Assembly: GCA_963834905.1 (NCBI GenBank)
Contig: CAWIDR010000037.1
Coordinates: 29,023 to 93,022, forward strand
DNA length: 64,000 nucleotides
Direction: 5' to 3'
Source: an uncultured Thermoleophilia bacterium
GTDB lineage: Bacteria > Actinomycetota > Thermoleophilia > UBA2241
A model generated the notes under the pieces. It was given only the letters and a program-made list of their open reading frames with translations, was not told the origin of the DNA and did no database searches. The position numbers and the translations under genes were made by a program. Positions within the stretch are counted from its first letter, which is position 1. Each line of letters opens with the position of its first letter. This document shows positions 7,941 to 17,594 of this stretch, piece after piece.

Positions 7941-9902
7941 ATGAGCAGCCGGACGATCGTGGTGATGGCGCGCCCGCTGGTGCGAGGCGCCGTCAAGACG
8001 CGCCTCGCGCGAGCGCTCGGCGACGACGGCGCCCTCGCCGTGTACGAGCGCCTGCTGCGCGGGACGCTGGAGAGCGCCGAGCGCGTGCCCGGCGCGGCGC
8101 TGGTCCTGGCGGAGACGCCGGCCGGCGACGCGGACGGCGCGGCGGCCGCGGACGGCGCCCACGATGACCGCACCCCCGCCGTCGACCCGCTCGCCGGCCG
8201 AGCCGGCCGCTGGATCAGGCTGGAGCAGCGAGGCGACGGCCTCGGCGAGCGGCTCGCTGCCGTCTTCGCGGATCTCTTCGCCGGCGGCTCCGACTCCGTG
8301 GTCGTCGTCAACAGCGACAGCCCCGCGCTCCCGCCGGAGTACCTGGAGCAGGCGTTCGCGGAGCTCGCGGAAGGCGGGCTGGTCCTCGGCCCGGCCGCCG
8401 ACGGCGGCTACTACCTCATCGGCGCCGGCCGGGGGACCTGGGACGCCGGCGCCGCGGCGATCACGGAGCTGCTGGCCGCCTCGCCGATGAGCAGCCCGCG
8501 GCTGCTCGACCACACGCTGCGCGCGGCGCAGGCCGCCGGCCTGCGGGTCGCGCAACTCCCGCTCTGGGTGGACGTCGACGGGCCCGCCGACCTCGGCGTC
8601 CTCGACCGCCTCACCGGCGATGCCCCGCTGCGCGGCGAGCCGCTCGGCGGCCTCCGCGAGGTCTACCTGCACGTGACGCACCGCTGCGGCCGCGCCTGCC
8701 GGCACTGCTACGACGGCGCGACGGAGGCCGACGACGAGCTGACCACTGCGGAGTGGCGCGACGCGATCGACCAGTGCGCTGCGCTCGGCGCGAACAGCTT
8801 CGTGTTCATCGGCGGCGACCCGCTGGTGCGCGACGACTTCGTCGAACTGGTCGACCACATCACCGGCGTCGCACGAGGCCCGGGCGCGGTTCTTCTTCAA
8901 CAGCCTCATCGACGACGACCTCGCCGGAGAGCTCGCCCGGGCGGGCCGCGGGCTGCTCACGCCGCTGGTGAGCGTCGACGGGCCGCGCGCGATCAACGAC
9001 GCCCTGCGCGGCCCCGGAAGCTACGACGACGTGCTGGCGTCGGTCGCAAGCCTCCTGGCGGCCGGGCTCGAGCCGGTCGCCAACACCGTGCTCGTGCGGC
9101 CGGCGCTGCCCGGCCTCTCGCAGCTCGCGCGCGAGCTGCACGCCGCCGGGGTCCACCGGCTCCACCTCATCCTGCCGCACCAGCGCGGGATGGCCTGGCG
9201 CACGCGGACGCACCGGCGCACGACCGGCTTCCACAGGCGAGCCCCGCGTCCGCGCCCGACCTGGTGCCCACGGGCGACGAACTGCTGGCCGCCGTCCGTG
9301 AGCTCCTCGCGGTCGCGGGCGAGCTCGGCCTCACCGTCGACAACCTGTCGAGCTGGCGGCGGCGCATCGGCAAGCGCAACGACCTGTGCGCGGCCGGCTG
9401 CCGCGACCTCTCCATCGACCCCGCCGGCCGCGTGCACGCCTGCGTCATCACGGCCGGCGACCCGGCGTTCGTCGCCGGCTCGCTGCGCGAGCGGCCGCTC
9501 GAGGAGATCTGGCGCACGTCCAGCAGCCTGCGGCTGCTGCGCGCGGCGCGGGCCCGCGACCGGGCCGAGTGCCTCGCCTGCCCGGTCGCCGACGCCTGCG
9601 GCGGAGAGTGCTGGGTGCAGGCGCACTACGCGGCGCGGGCCCGCGGCGAGGCCGCCGGCTACGCCGCGCCGTTCCCCTACTGCGACCTGGTGCGGCCGAT
9701 GCTCGAGGAGCTCGCCGCACAGGCGGAGGCCGCCGCCCCGGCCGAGGGCGACTGCAGTCGCCGTCGGCGCCTGGCGGCGGCCAGTCCGCGGCCGGCGCCG
9801 ACGACTACGCGCTCTTCGACTGCATATGAGGCTACTGACGGCGCGGGCGTGACCCGCGCGAGACCACGAACGGCGCGGGCGGTCAGTCCGCGGCGACCCT
9901 GA
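7941..9902 (+). CDS. fusion protein: DUF2064 (TIGR04282-like nucleotidyl/glycosyl-transferase fold) + radical SAM/SPASM domain (frame breaks near 8871 and 9190; 3' end uncertain, 9829-9902)
   Basis: - N-terminal domain: IVVMARPLVRGAVKTRL...VVVNSDSPALP...GPAADGGYYLIG (DUF2064).
- No stop before the CGRACRHC (CX3CX2C) motif at 8685..8708.
- TIM-barrel part continues in the frame of ORF 8968..9852 (SVDGPRAINDALRGPGSYDDV).
- C-terminal Cys clusters CAAGC...HAC and CLACPVADACGGECW (SPASM-like) are back in the first frame. Confidence 0.7.
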   Translation: MSSRTIVVMARPLVRGAVKTRLARALGDDGALAVYERLLRGTLESAERVPGAALVLAETPAGDADGAAAADGAHDDRTPAVDPLAGRAGRWIRLEQRGDGLGERLAAVFADLFAGGSDSVVVVNSDSPALPPEYLEQAFAELAEGGLVLGPAADGGYYLIGAGRGTWDAGAAAITELLAASPMSSPRLLDHTLRAAQAAGLRVAQLPLWVDVDGPADLGVLDRLTGDAPLRGEPLGGLREVYLHVTHRCGRACRHCYDGATEADDELTTAEWRDAIDQCAALGANSFVFIGGDPLVRDDFVELVDHITGVARGPGAVLLQQPHRRRPRRRARPGGPRAAHAAGERRRAARDQRRPARPRKLRRRAGVGRKPPGGRARAGRQHRARAAGAARPLAARARAARRRGPPAPPHPAAPARDGLAHADAPAHDRLPQASPASAPDLVPTGDELLAAVRELLAVAGELGLTVDNLSSWRRRIGKRNDLCAAGCRDLSIDPAGRVHACVITAGDPAFVAGSLRERPLEEIWRTSSSLRLLRAARARDRAECLACPVADACGGECWVQAHYAARARGEAAGYAAPFPYCDLVRPMLEELAAQAEAAAPAEGDCSRRRRLAAASPRPAPTTTRSSTAYEATDGAGVTRARPRTARAVSPRRP

Positions 9903-11015
9903 GGACCGCCGACCCGCGCACCCGATCCTCCTTGAGGTCGAGCAGCGCCTCGTTGGCCTGCTCGAGCTCGTACTCCTGCACGCGGCTCACGATGGGGATG
10001 GCGGCCGCGTCGCGCAGCAGCTCGCGCGCGTCCTGACGGGTCGAGTTGGCGACGCTGCGCACCACGCGCTCGTCGTAGATCCACGGGTACTCGATCGGAC
10101 GGGATGGGCGACGAGTAGATCCCGCCGAGGGCGACGATGCCGCCCTTGTCGAGGCGTTTGAGGGCGTCGACGGCGAGCTCGCCGGCCGGCGCGAAGACGA
10201 TCGCCGCGTCGTACAGCACGCCGGGATCGTCGCTGCTCTCGCCGGCCCACACCGCGCCGAGCTCCCGCGCCATCGCCCGATGCTCCTCGCCGCGGGCGAT
10301 GCCGTAGACCTCCCAGCCGCGCCAGATCGCGACCTGCGTGCAGAGCGAGGCGGCCGAGCCGAAGCCGTAGATGGCGAGGCGCTTGGGCGCCGGCGGTTCC
10401 GGCGGAGCTCCGGCCGCGGCAGCCGCGGTGACGCGGCCGGGCAGCCCGGCGTCGTCACCGACGATCCCGACCAGCCGCAGGCAGCGGTAGCCGATGATGC
10501 CGGCGCAGAGCAGCGGAGCTGCCGCCATCGCCGTCATGCCGGCCGGGAGACGGTAGACGAACCCGGCCGGCGCCAGCGTGTACTCGGCGAAGCCGCCGTC
10601 CACGTCCCAGCCGGTGAAGAGCGCGTGCTCGCAGAGGTTCTCCTGCCCGCGCCGGCAGAAGCGGCAGGTCTCGTCGGTCTGGTGCAGCCACGGCACGCCG
10701 ACGCGGTCGCCCACGGCGAGCGGCGGCGCTCCCGGCTCGCCGCCCGGCGCGACGAGCTCCGCACCGGGACCGAGCGCCACGACCTCGCCGACGATCTGAT
10801 GGCCGGGAACGACGGGCGAGCGGTGCGGCGGCAGCTCGCCCTCGAGGATGTGCAGGTCGGTGCGGCAGACGCCGCAGGCCAGCACCCGCAGGAGGACCTG
10901 GCCGCGGACCCGGCTCGGGCACCGGAAGCTCGACGAGCCGGAGCGGCGCCTCCGCCACAGGAGCGGGCGCCGCCAGCTGCATCGCGCGCATCGTCTCGGG
11001 GATCGGCTGTGACAT
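9883..11015 (-). CDS. zinc-dependent alcohol dehydrogenase (frame breaks near 10095 and 10905)
   Basis: ATG 11015 after GGAGG. Motifs ACGVCRTDLH, GHQIVGEV, structural-Zn CRFCRRGQENLC and YGFGSAA. C-terminus IEYPWIYDERVVRSVANSTRQD...VLRVAAD* is in ORF 9883..10458. Confidence 0.8.
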
Positions 11016-11061
11016 CGTCAACCTCCAGGTCGATCGGGCGTCATCATGACTCGGCCCAACC

Positions 11062-12156
11062 CTACGACAGCACGTCCTTGCGCCGGAAGACCAGGTACGC
11101 GGCGAACGTCAGCACGCCGCTCCACAGGGCGAACACGCCGAGTCCCTTGAGGATCGGCCGCCAGTAGATCGGGTCGCGGAAGAAGTTGGTGAACTCCTGC
11201 AGGTAGGTCGGGAACACCCACGGCTTCAGCCAGTCGAACCAGCTGAACTGGATGAGGACGGTGATGACGATGTAGATGACGATCGTCCCGATCAGCGCGG
11301 TAAGGCTCGAATCCGTGAGGGTGCTGAAGAACAACGACATGGAGACGATGCAGGCCATCGCCGCCAGGCCGTAGAGCATGGACAGCGAGATGAGCACGAG
11401 GCCGTGGGGCACGCTCACCGTGGTGCCGGAGAACGTCACCAGCGGGTGCAAGCCGAAGAAGATGCCGCCGAACAGCAGGCCGGAGGCGAACATCAGCAGG
11501 AAGCCGACGCCGAGGTACGCCATGGCGATCGTCCACTTGGCGAGGACGAACGAGCCGCGCCGGACGGGCCGGAGCAGGATGATGCGCAGCGTGCCCAGCT
11601 CCGCCTCGCCGGCGATCATGTAGCCGGCCACCATGGCCGCCGCCAGGGGCAGGAGGAAGCCGATGAGGAAGAACAGGGCGGCCAAGGTGACGAACATGCC
11701 GTTGCTCGTGATCCGCTCGACGAAGGGCGGAGCGCCGCCACCGCTCTCCGGGTTGTGGCGCGTCAGGTAGAAGGCGAGCGCGATCAGGAACGGGATGGCG
11801 AACGCGCCGCCCCAGATGAGATAGCTGCGGCGCTGGAAGAGGAGCTTGATCCACTCGCGGCGGAGGGCGCCCCATCGGTGGCCGCGCATGCCGCCCGAGG
11901 TGCTGCCGTGGGCGTGCGCCGGCGAGGAGCCGGCGGCGGATGAGCCGGCCGCTTGCGTCGACGGCGGGGAGCCGGCGGACGAGGCCGCGCCGGATGAGGC
12001 GACCGCGACCGACGCGGCGCGCGGACCCTCGCCGGGGCCCCAGATGGGCTCGCCGGACGTGGTCGAGTACTCCGGGCCGCCGGCCTTGGGCACGGGCCCG
12101 GGGCCCTTGGGGTCGGCCGGGCCGGTGGGCGGGCAGGCGCAGCCGGCGGGGCTCAT
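11062..12156 (-). CDS. ABC-2 type exporter permease with Ser/Ala/Gly/Pro-rich N-terminal extension
   Basis: ATG 12156 overlaps the ATPase stop (ATGA). About 90 aa of low complexity, then a 6-TM ABC-2 permease body (WIKLLFQRRSYLIWGG...). The alternative start at 11889 would remove the extension. Confidence 0.7.
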   Translation of the reverse strand: MSPAGCACPPTGPADPKGPGPVPKAGGPEYSTTSGEPIWGPGEGPRAASVAVASSGAASSAGSPPSTQAAGSSAAGSSPAHAHGSTSGGMRGHRWGALRREWIKLLFQRRSYLIWGGAFAIPFLIALAFYLTRHNPESGGGAPPFVERITSNGMFVTLAALFFLIGFLLPLAAAMVAGYMIAGEAELGTLRIILLRPVRRGSFVLAKWTIAMAYLGVGFLLMFASGLLFGGIFFGLHPLVTFSGTTVSVPHGLVLISLSMLYGLAAMACIVSMSLFFSTLTDSSLTALIGTIVIYIVITVLIQFSWFDWLKPWVFPTYLQEFTNFFRDPIYWRPILKGLGVFALWSGVLTFAAYLVFRRKDVLS

Positions 12157-13211
12157 CGCCGGCCTCCGGGAAGCAGGCGGGCGAGGCCGGCGCGGCGTTT
12201 GCCGCGCGCCGGCTCGCCGGGGTCGTACGTGAGCTCGAGGAAGAAGTCCTCGAGCCCCTGCTCCGACGCCGGCACCACGGCGCGCACCTCGACGCCGTCG
12301 GCGACCAGGCGCCGGACCATCTCGGGCACGGCGTCCTGGTCGGCCTCGACGACGAGGAACTCCTCGTCTTCTTTGACGCCGGCGGCGCCGAACTGGCCGC
12401 GCAGCACTTCGCCGGCGCGGCCCTGGTCGCCGGTCAGTACCTTGATCGCGTCGTTCTGGGGCCGCAGCTCGCTGACCGGCCCCTGCACCACGACGCGTCC
12501 CTTGTTGATGATCACCGCGCGCGTGCACACCTGCTCCACCTCGTGCAGCAGGTGCGAGCTCAGGAACACGGTCGTGCCGGCCGCCCCCAGCTCGCGGATC
12601 AGCTCGCGCACGTCCTTCATGCCGCGCGGGTCGAGGCCGCTGGTGGGTTCGTCGAGCACGATGAGCTCCGGGCTGTGGAGGAGCGCCTGGGCGATGCCGA
12701 GCCGCTGCTTCATGCCGTGGCTGAAGCCGCCGACGCGATCCTCGGCCCGGTCGCTGAGCGCGACGATCTCGAGCACCTCGTCGATGCGCTCCTCGCTCAC
12801 CGGGCCCGTCATGCTCCCGAGGAGGCGCAGGTTCCGGCGCGCGCTCATCAGCGGGTAGAACGTCGGGTCGTCGACGAAGCCGCCGACGTGGCGGAGCGCG
12901 CCCTGCAGCTCGCCGGGCACGCGGTGGCCGCAGACCTCGGCGTAGCCGCTCGTGGGGTGGATCAGCCCGAGGACGAGGCGGATGACCGTCGTCTTGCCGG
13001 CGCCGTTCGGCCCCAGGAACCCGAACACATCGCCCTTGCAGACCTCGATCTCCAGGCCGTCGACCGCGCGCAGGCCGCCGAACTGCTTGGTGAGCGCGTG
13101 GGTGGTCAAGATGGGGGCGCGGCCGTCGCAGCTCTGCTGCCCGGGCCGCGCCCCCTCCGGTTCACTCAGGCTCTGCGCTTCCGCGACGTCGTGCGTCTCG
13201 CCGGATTCCAC
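12153..13211 (-). CDS. ABC transporter ATP-binding protein
   Basis: Walker A GPNGAGKTT, signature FSHGMKQRL, Walker B LIVLDEPTSGLD and H-loop SSHLL. Uninterrupted. Confidence 0.9.
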   Translation of the reverse strand: MESGETHDVAEAQSLSEPEGARPGQQSCDGRAPILTTHALTKQFGGLRAVDGLEIEVCKGDVFGFLGPNGAGKTTVIRLVLGLIHPTSGYAEVCGHRVPGELQGALRHVGGFVDDPTFYPLMSARRNLRLLGSMTGPVSEERIDEVLEIVALSDRAEDRVGGFSHGMKQRLGIAQALLHSPELIVLDEPTSGLDPRGMKDVRELIRELGAAGTTVFLSSHLLHEVEQVCTRAVIINKGRVVVQGPVSELRPQNDAIKVLTGDQGRAGEVLRGQFGAAGVKEDEEFLVVEADQDAVPEMVRRLVADGVEVRAVVPASEQGLEDFFLELTYDPGEPARGKRRAGLARLLPGGRR

Positions 13212-13212
13212 G

Positions 13213-14603
13213 TCAGCGAACGGAACTTGCGAACGCCTCCAGATCGCTCATGGGCACCATTCCGCCGGCGACGAGCGTGGTTCCGCCCTGCTGCCACACG
13301 ACGATGCCGCCGAGCGGCGTGCCGACGACCTGCGCCTTCACGTTGCCGACGGTGGTTGTGCCGAGGATCTGCGAGGTCTTCTGCAGCGTCTGGAGCTGCT
13401 TCGCGAGGTCGGGGGTGGTCTTGGTCTGCGCCAGGGCGATGGTGCCGAAGCCCTGGCCGTAGAGCAGCACGCTGCTCGGGCCCATGGTCGCCGTCTTCGA
13501 CCCCGAGGGCAGCGCGGGCTGCTGCCCCATGCCGAGACTCATGCCGGTCGCGGCGCCGAGCGCCTGCATCAGCGGAGTCCCCGAGGACGTCAGCGGGCCG
13601 CCCTCGCCGAGCACGTAGCCCCACTGGAACGGCCGCGCGGTGTAGTCGCGCGCCCAGGCGAGCTGGTACGGGACGAGCTTGGCGACCTGGCCGCGAGTGA
13701 GCAGCGCGCCCTGGACCGCCTGCTGCGCCTGCGTGCTTCTGCGCCTTCGTGGGCGCGGCCTTGCCGGCCTGCGCCTGCTGCGCCTGCGTCGATCTTGGCC
13801 TTCACGGCGTTGGCGTCGACCGTCTTGGTGGTCACCTTGGCCCCGGCGGGCGGCGTGAAGGCGAACGTCGCCGGGTCGATGGAGCCGTAGCTGACCGAGT
13901 CGAAGCCGAAGCGGAGGACCGGCGCGGTACCGCCCTTCGCGAACACCTGGACCTGCAGCGGCACCATGGTCTTGCCGTCGATGGCCGCCTGGACGTAGCC
14001 GAGGGCGCTGTCCTTGGCCACCGGGGTCATGCGGAGCAGGTAGGCGTCCTGGCCGGCGACCTTGGCCTGCCCGGCCACCTCGACGGTGGCGAAGCGGGCG
14101 ACCTGCTGCAGGTACAGAGTGATCGCCTCAGGGGTCATGAACGTGGCGGAGGGCGCCGGAGACGCAGTCTCCGCCGGCGCCTTGCCCGTCACGACGACCT
14201 TCTTGACGGTGTTCTGCGCGTAGTCGTAGACCCAGGCGGTGCGCGCGGCCTTGTCCACGACGACCACCTGGTCGCCGCCGGAGCCCTGCGACTCGACCTT
14301 GGCGCCGGCGTCGCTCACCCAGATGCGGCCGGAGCCGTCGCTCGTGAGCGGCGACTGAGCCGGAGCCTGCGCCATGCCGCTCCCGGCCACCGAACCGAGG
14401 TCGCCGAAGAGGCCGTTGTGCCACGAGACGTCACCGCTGACGGCGGTCACGTCCTGGGTCTGCGCCATCTTCGCCAGCAGGTCCGGAGCCGAGATGGCCG
14501 GCAACGGATCGGTCTGGTCGGCGCCCGCGACGGCGACGCCGACGACCAGGGCGATCGCCGCCAGGACGACGAGAGATACGAGGATCAGGGCTCTGGACCG
14601 CAT
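13213..14603 (-). CDS. secreted LolA-fold / DUF4367-like protein (frame break(s) about 13730-13790)
   Basis: ATG 14603 after GAAGGAG. Signal/anchor MRSRALILVSLVVLAAIAL. The body resembles lipoprotein-carrier-like (LolA/RseB-fold) proteins. A Gln/Ala-rich linker is followed by a C-terminal domain in the frame of ORF 13213..13614. The stop abuts the ABC ATPase start. Confidence 0.5.
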
Positions 14604-14853
14604 GGGGTCTCCTTCCGAAGTGGTGACGCTACGTAGGGTGTACCCCCCAGCGGCGGGGGCCGCAACCTTACGGAGGTACGTACGCAGGACCGGCACGCCC
14701 AGCCCGCGGCCGCCCCACCCGGTGTCGCCAGCCCTGACAACGGCAGAGGCGCCGGAAGGTTGCGTACGAGAAGGTCGTCGCCGCGTGCCAGCGTGTGCTA
14801 CGCCGCGGCGTCGTCGACCTCACCGAGCTCCGTCGTCTGAGGCGGGCGCTCCC

Positions 14854-16108
14854 TACGGGAGCGTCTGCACGAAGGCCGTCCAGCCCGCGCGCAGATCGTC
14901 CCAGCTGACGCCCACGCTCCGGCGCGACGCCTGGTCGAGCCCCTCGGCGGTCAGGTCGGAATCGCTGACGGCCGTGACGAAGCTCCTCAGGCCGCGCAGG
15001 TCCCAGCGGTCCATCACGTAGAGGACGAGCGAAGCACCCTCCAGGTACGCCAGCCGGACCTTGTCGATGCGGTTGCCCTTCCAGAGGCTCTTGGCGCGCA
15101 GCGCCTTCTCCAGCGGGAACGCCGAACTGATCGGCGGCCAGGTCGTCGCGCAGCGGCTGGAACGCGCGGCCGCCCTCGACCGCCGTCGCCAGACCCTCCG
15201 CGAGCAGCGTCGGCGCGTGCCTGGTCCCCTCGAACCAGCGCGCCGTGTACGCGTGCGTCAGCTCGTGCGCCAGCATCTGCGGCGCCCAGGACTCCTTGCC
15301 GGCGAGCGCGGGGCCGAGCACGCCGATGTCACGCGTCCAGCTGGGAGCGTCGCCCAGGTGAGCCGGCGGGTGCGAGAAGAAGCGGATGCGCGGCTCGCCC
15401 GGGTCTTCGCCGAGGGAGCGGACCAGCTCGGCTCGCGAGGAGTAGTAGTAGACCACGACCGGCTTGCGCGAGGCGATGCCGAGCAGCGACAGGCGCTCGC
15501 GCGCCGGACCGCCCGCCTTGGCCAGCGCCTCGGCGCCGGACTGCTCGCTCTTGTCGGCGATCACGATGAGCCCGTTGCGCCGCACCGCCATCGGGCGCTG
15601 AAAGGCCATGACCCCCTGTCCGCGCACGTCGCGCGGCGTCACGTCGTGCAGCAGCACCAGACCGCCGCCGCGCAGGGAGACGTCGAAGACGCGGCGGGCC
15701 ATGATGCGGTCGGCCGGGTCGGCTCCGCCGAGCTCGCCGACCGCGCCGACGTAGAAGCGGCCGGGGTGGCCGCGCACCGGCTCGGCGACGAGGCGCACGC
15801 TTGTCCACGGCAGCCGCACCAGGTGGCGGTACAGGGCGTCGACCGCGCGGCGGGCGTCGCCGCCCTCCGCGGGAAGCGCCGCCTTCCACGCGGCAAGGTC
15901 GCGCGCGCTCGAGCGCCTGCGTCGCGCGCGTCATCGCGGCGTCGACGTCGGCGACCGTCACCGTCCGGGCGGCCGGGCGCGTCTCGGCCTTGTCCTCCGT
16001 GAGCGCCGGCAGCAGCGCGCCGAACGCCACGAGCGCCGCCACGGCGACGGCGAGGGCCGCACCGGCGAGGAGGAGGAGCGGACGGGTCCTTCGGGAGGCG
16101 GGAGTCAT
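14854..16108 (-). CDS. MA-clan HExxH metallopeptidase-like protein, paralog A (frame breaks near 15120 and 15900)
   Basis: N-terminal anchor (MTPASRRTRPLLLLAGAALAVAV) in ORF 15329..16108, core in ORF 14668..15819 with HELTHAY...LLAEGLATAVEG (HExxH + EG, PF13485-like). The C-terminus (FPLEKALRAKSLW...FVQTLP*) in a third frame ends at 14854. Confidence 0.55.
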
Positions 16109-16206
16109 CGGTCGATTGTACGGTCCGGATCAGCGCCGCGGCTCCCCGGCGGGCTCCGGGTCCCTCAGCCCTCGCCGCGCTCGCGGTCGAGCCACGCCGT
16201 CCCGCT

Positions 16207-17478
16207 TCAGCCTCCGGCGAGCACGAAGCGGCGCCAGCCGGCGTAGAACTGGCTCCACGTCACGCCCAGCGCGCCGCCGAGCGCCTCGTCCATGCCGGCC
16301 TCCGTCGGCTCGCCGGCCGCGACCGCCTGGACGAACGGGCGCAGCTTGCCGGCGCCCCAGCGCGAGACGACGTAGGAGACGAGAGAGCCGCCGACCTCGT
16401 AGCCCAGACCGACCTCCTCCGAGCCCGCGTTCTCCCACACATCGGCCGAGGCGAACGACTCGGGCAACGGCCACAACTGATCACCGGTGAGCGACCTCAT
16501 CGCGCAGCGAAGAAGCCTCCGGGAGGCCCTCGGCCGCCTCGGCGATCCCCTCGATGAGCAGGGACGGCGGGTGCTCGACCCCAGCGAACCAGCGCACCGT
16601 GTAGGCGTGGGCCAGTTCGTGCGTGAGGACGTCGTCCATGGACATGCCGAGGTCGCGAAGCCAGGGACCCATGACGCCGACGTCGTACGTGGGCCAGTCC
16701 TCGTCGGCGACCCGCAGTGACGGGTGCGCGAAGAAGACGAGGCGCGAGGTGTCGGCGCTGAACCCCAGCGCGTCGCGAACGTCCTCGACCGAGCCGTAGA
16801 CGGTGACGAGCACGGTGGGGCGCGCGCCGATACCGAGGGCGGCGAGCCGCGGCCGCGCGCGTACCGCCGCGGCCATCACCTCGCCGGCGCGACCGCGCGC
16901 CCAGCGGTCGGCGAGCACGATCAGGCCGGGGCGCTGCAGCACGACGGGGTCGTGCAGCGCCATCAGGTAGCGCCGGCGCAGATCTTCCGGCGTCACGTCG
17001 CCGCTGACCACGGCCGCGTCGTTCACCGGGCTCAGCTTGAGATAGCGGACGACCGCCAGCCGGTCCGGCGGCCCTGCCGCCCCCAGCTGCCCCGAACCGA
17101 CCACGCGGTAGACGCCGGGTTGCGCGTCGATGGGCGTGACCTTGAACTCGAACGAGCGCCACGGCAGGCGAGAAAGCGTATCGAAGACGGCGGCGAGGCC
17201 GTCCTGCGCCTTGACCGCCGCCGGGCTTCCATCGGCGGGCAGCCAGCTGCAAGAAGGCGTCCCGATCGCCCTCGCGCAGCGCGTCGGCCGCCTCCGCGAA
17301 CTGGTGACTGGCAAGGTCGAGAGTCCGCGGCTGGTCCGCGGCCGGATCGGCGGCTGGTGGGGAGGCTGCAAGCCGACAAGACCAGGGCAAGGGTGGCGAC
17401 GAGGCACAGCGACGCCACCGCGATGGTGACGGCCAGGATGCTGCTGATGCGCCGCGCTGCGGGCACGTTGCCCCCCAA
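16207..17478 (-). CDS. MA-clan HExxH metallopeptidase-like protein, paralog B (frame breaks near 16490, 17235 and 17350)
   Basis: Same architecture as paralog A. N-terminal anchor with an LSAC lipobox-like motif, then RLPWRSFEFKV, HELAHAY...LLIEGIAEAAEG and the C-terminal domain in ORF 16207..16500. Colinear similarity to A is visible by eye. Confidence 0.55.
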
Positions 17479-17594
17479 TGCATGACGGACCCCCGGTCAT
17501 CTTATCGCCCGGCGGGTCGGTCACCTGAAGCGGTCGTCGGGCGAGGCGGGCGGCTGGGGCGAACGCGGCGGCGGGGGCGCGCGTGTACTATGGG

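Noticed and set aside
7941-9902. Calling the DUF2064-rSAM protein ArsS, i.e. an arsenosugar or selenoprotein system.
   Set aside because: - The C-terminal domain shows SPASM-like Cys clusters rather than the ArsS-type domain.
- No in-frame TGA suggestive of selenocysteine sits at a Cys position.
- No ars genes are nearby.
- The GT2 is of the Dpm1 type.

It is kept as a related but distinct architecture.
10381-10465. Ala/Pro-rich insertion of about 25 aa (DDAGLPGRVTAAAAAGAPPEPPAPK) before the NAD-binding GFG motif of the ADH, plus a smaller one near 10720-10750.
   Set aside because: It could be a surface loop or a compensated double indel, and I cannot distinguish these without homolog alignment. 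It has no obvious functional implication.
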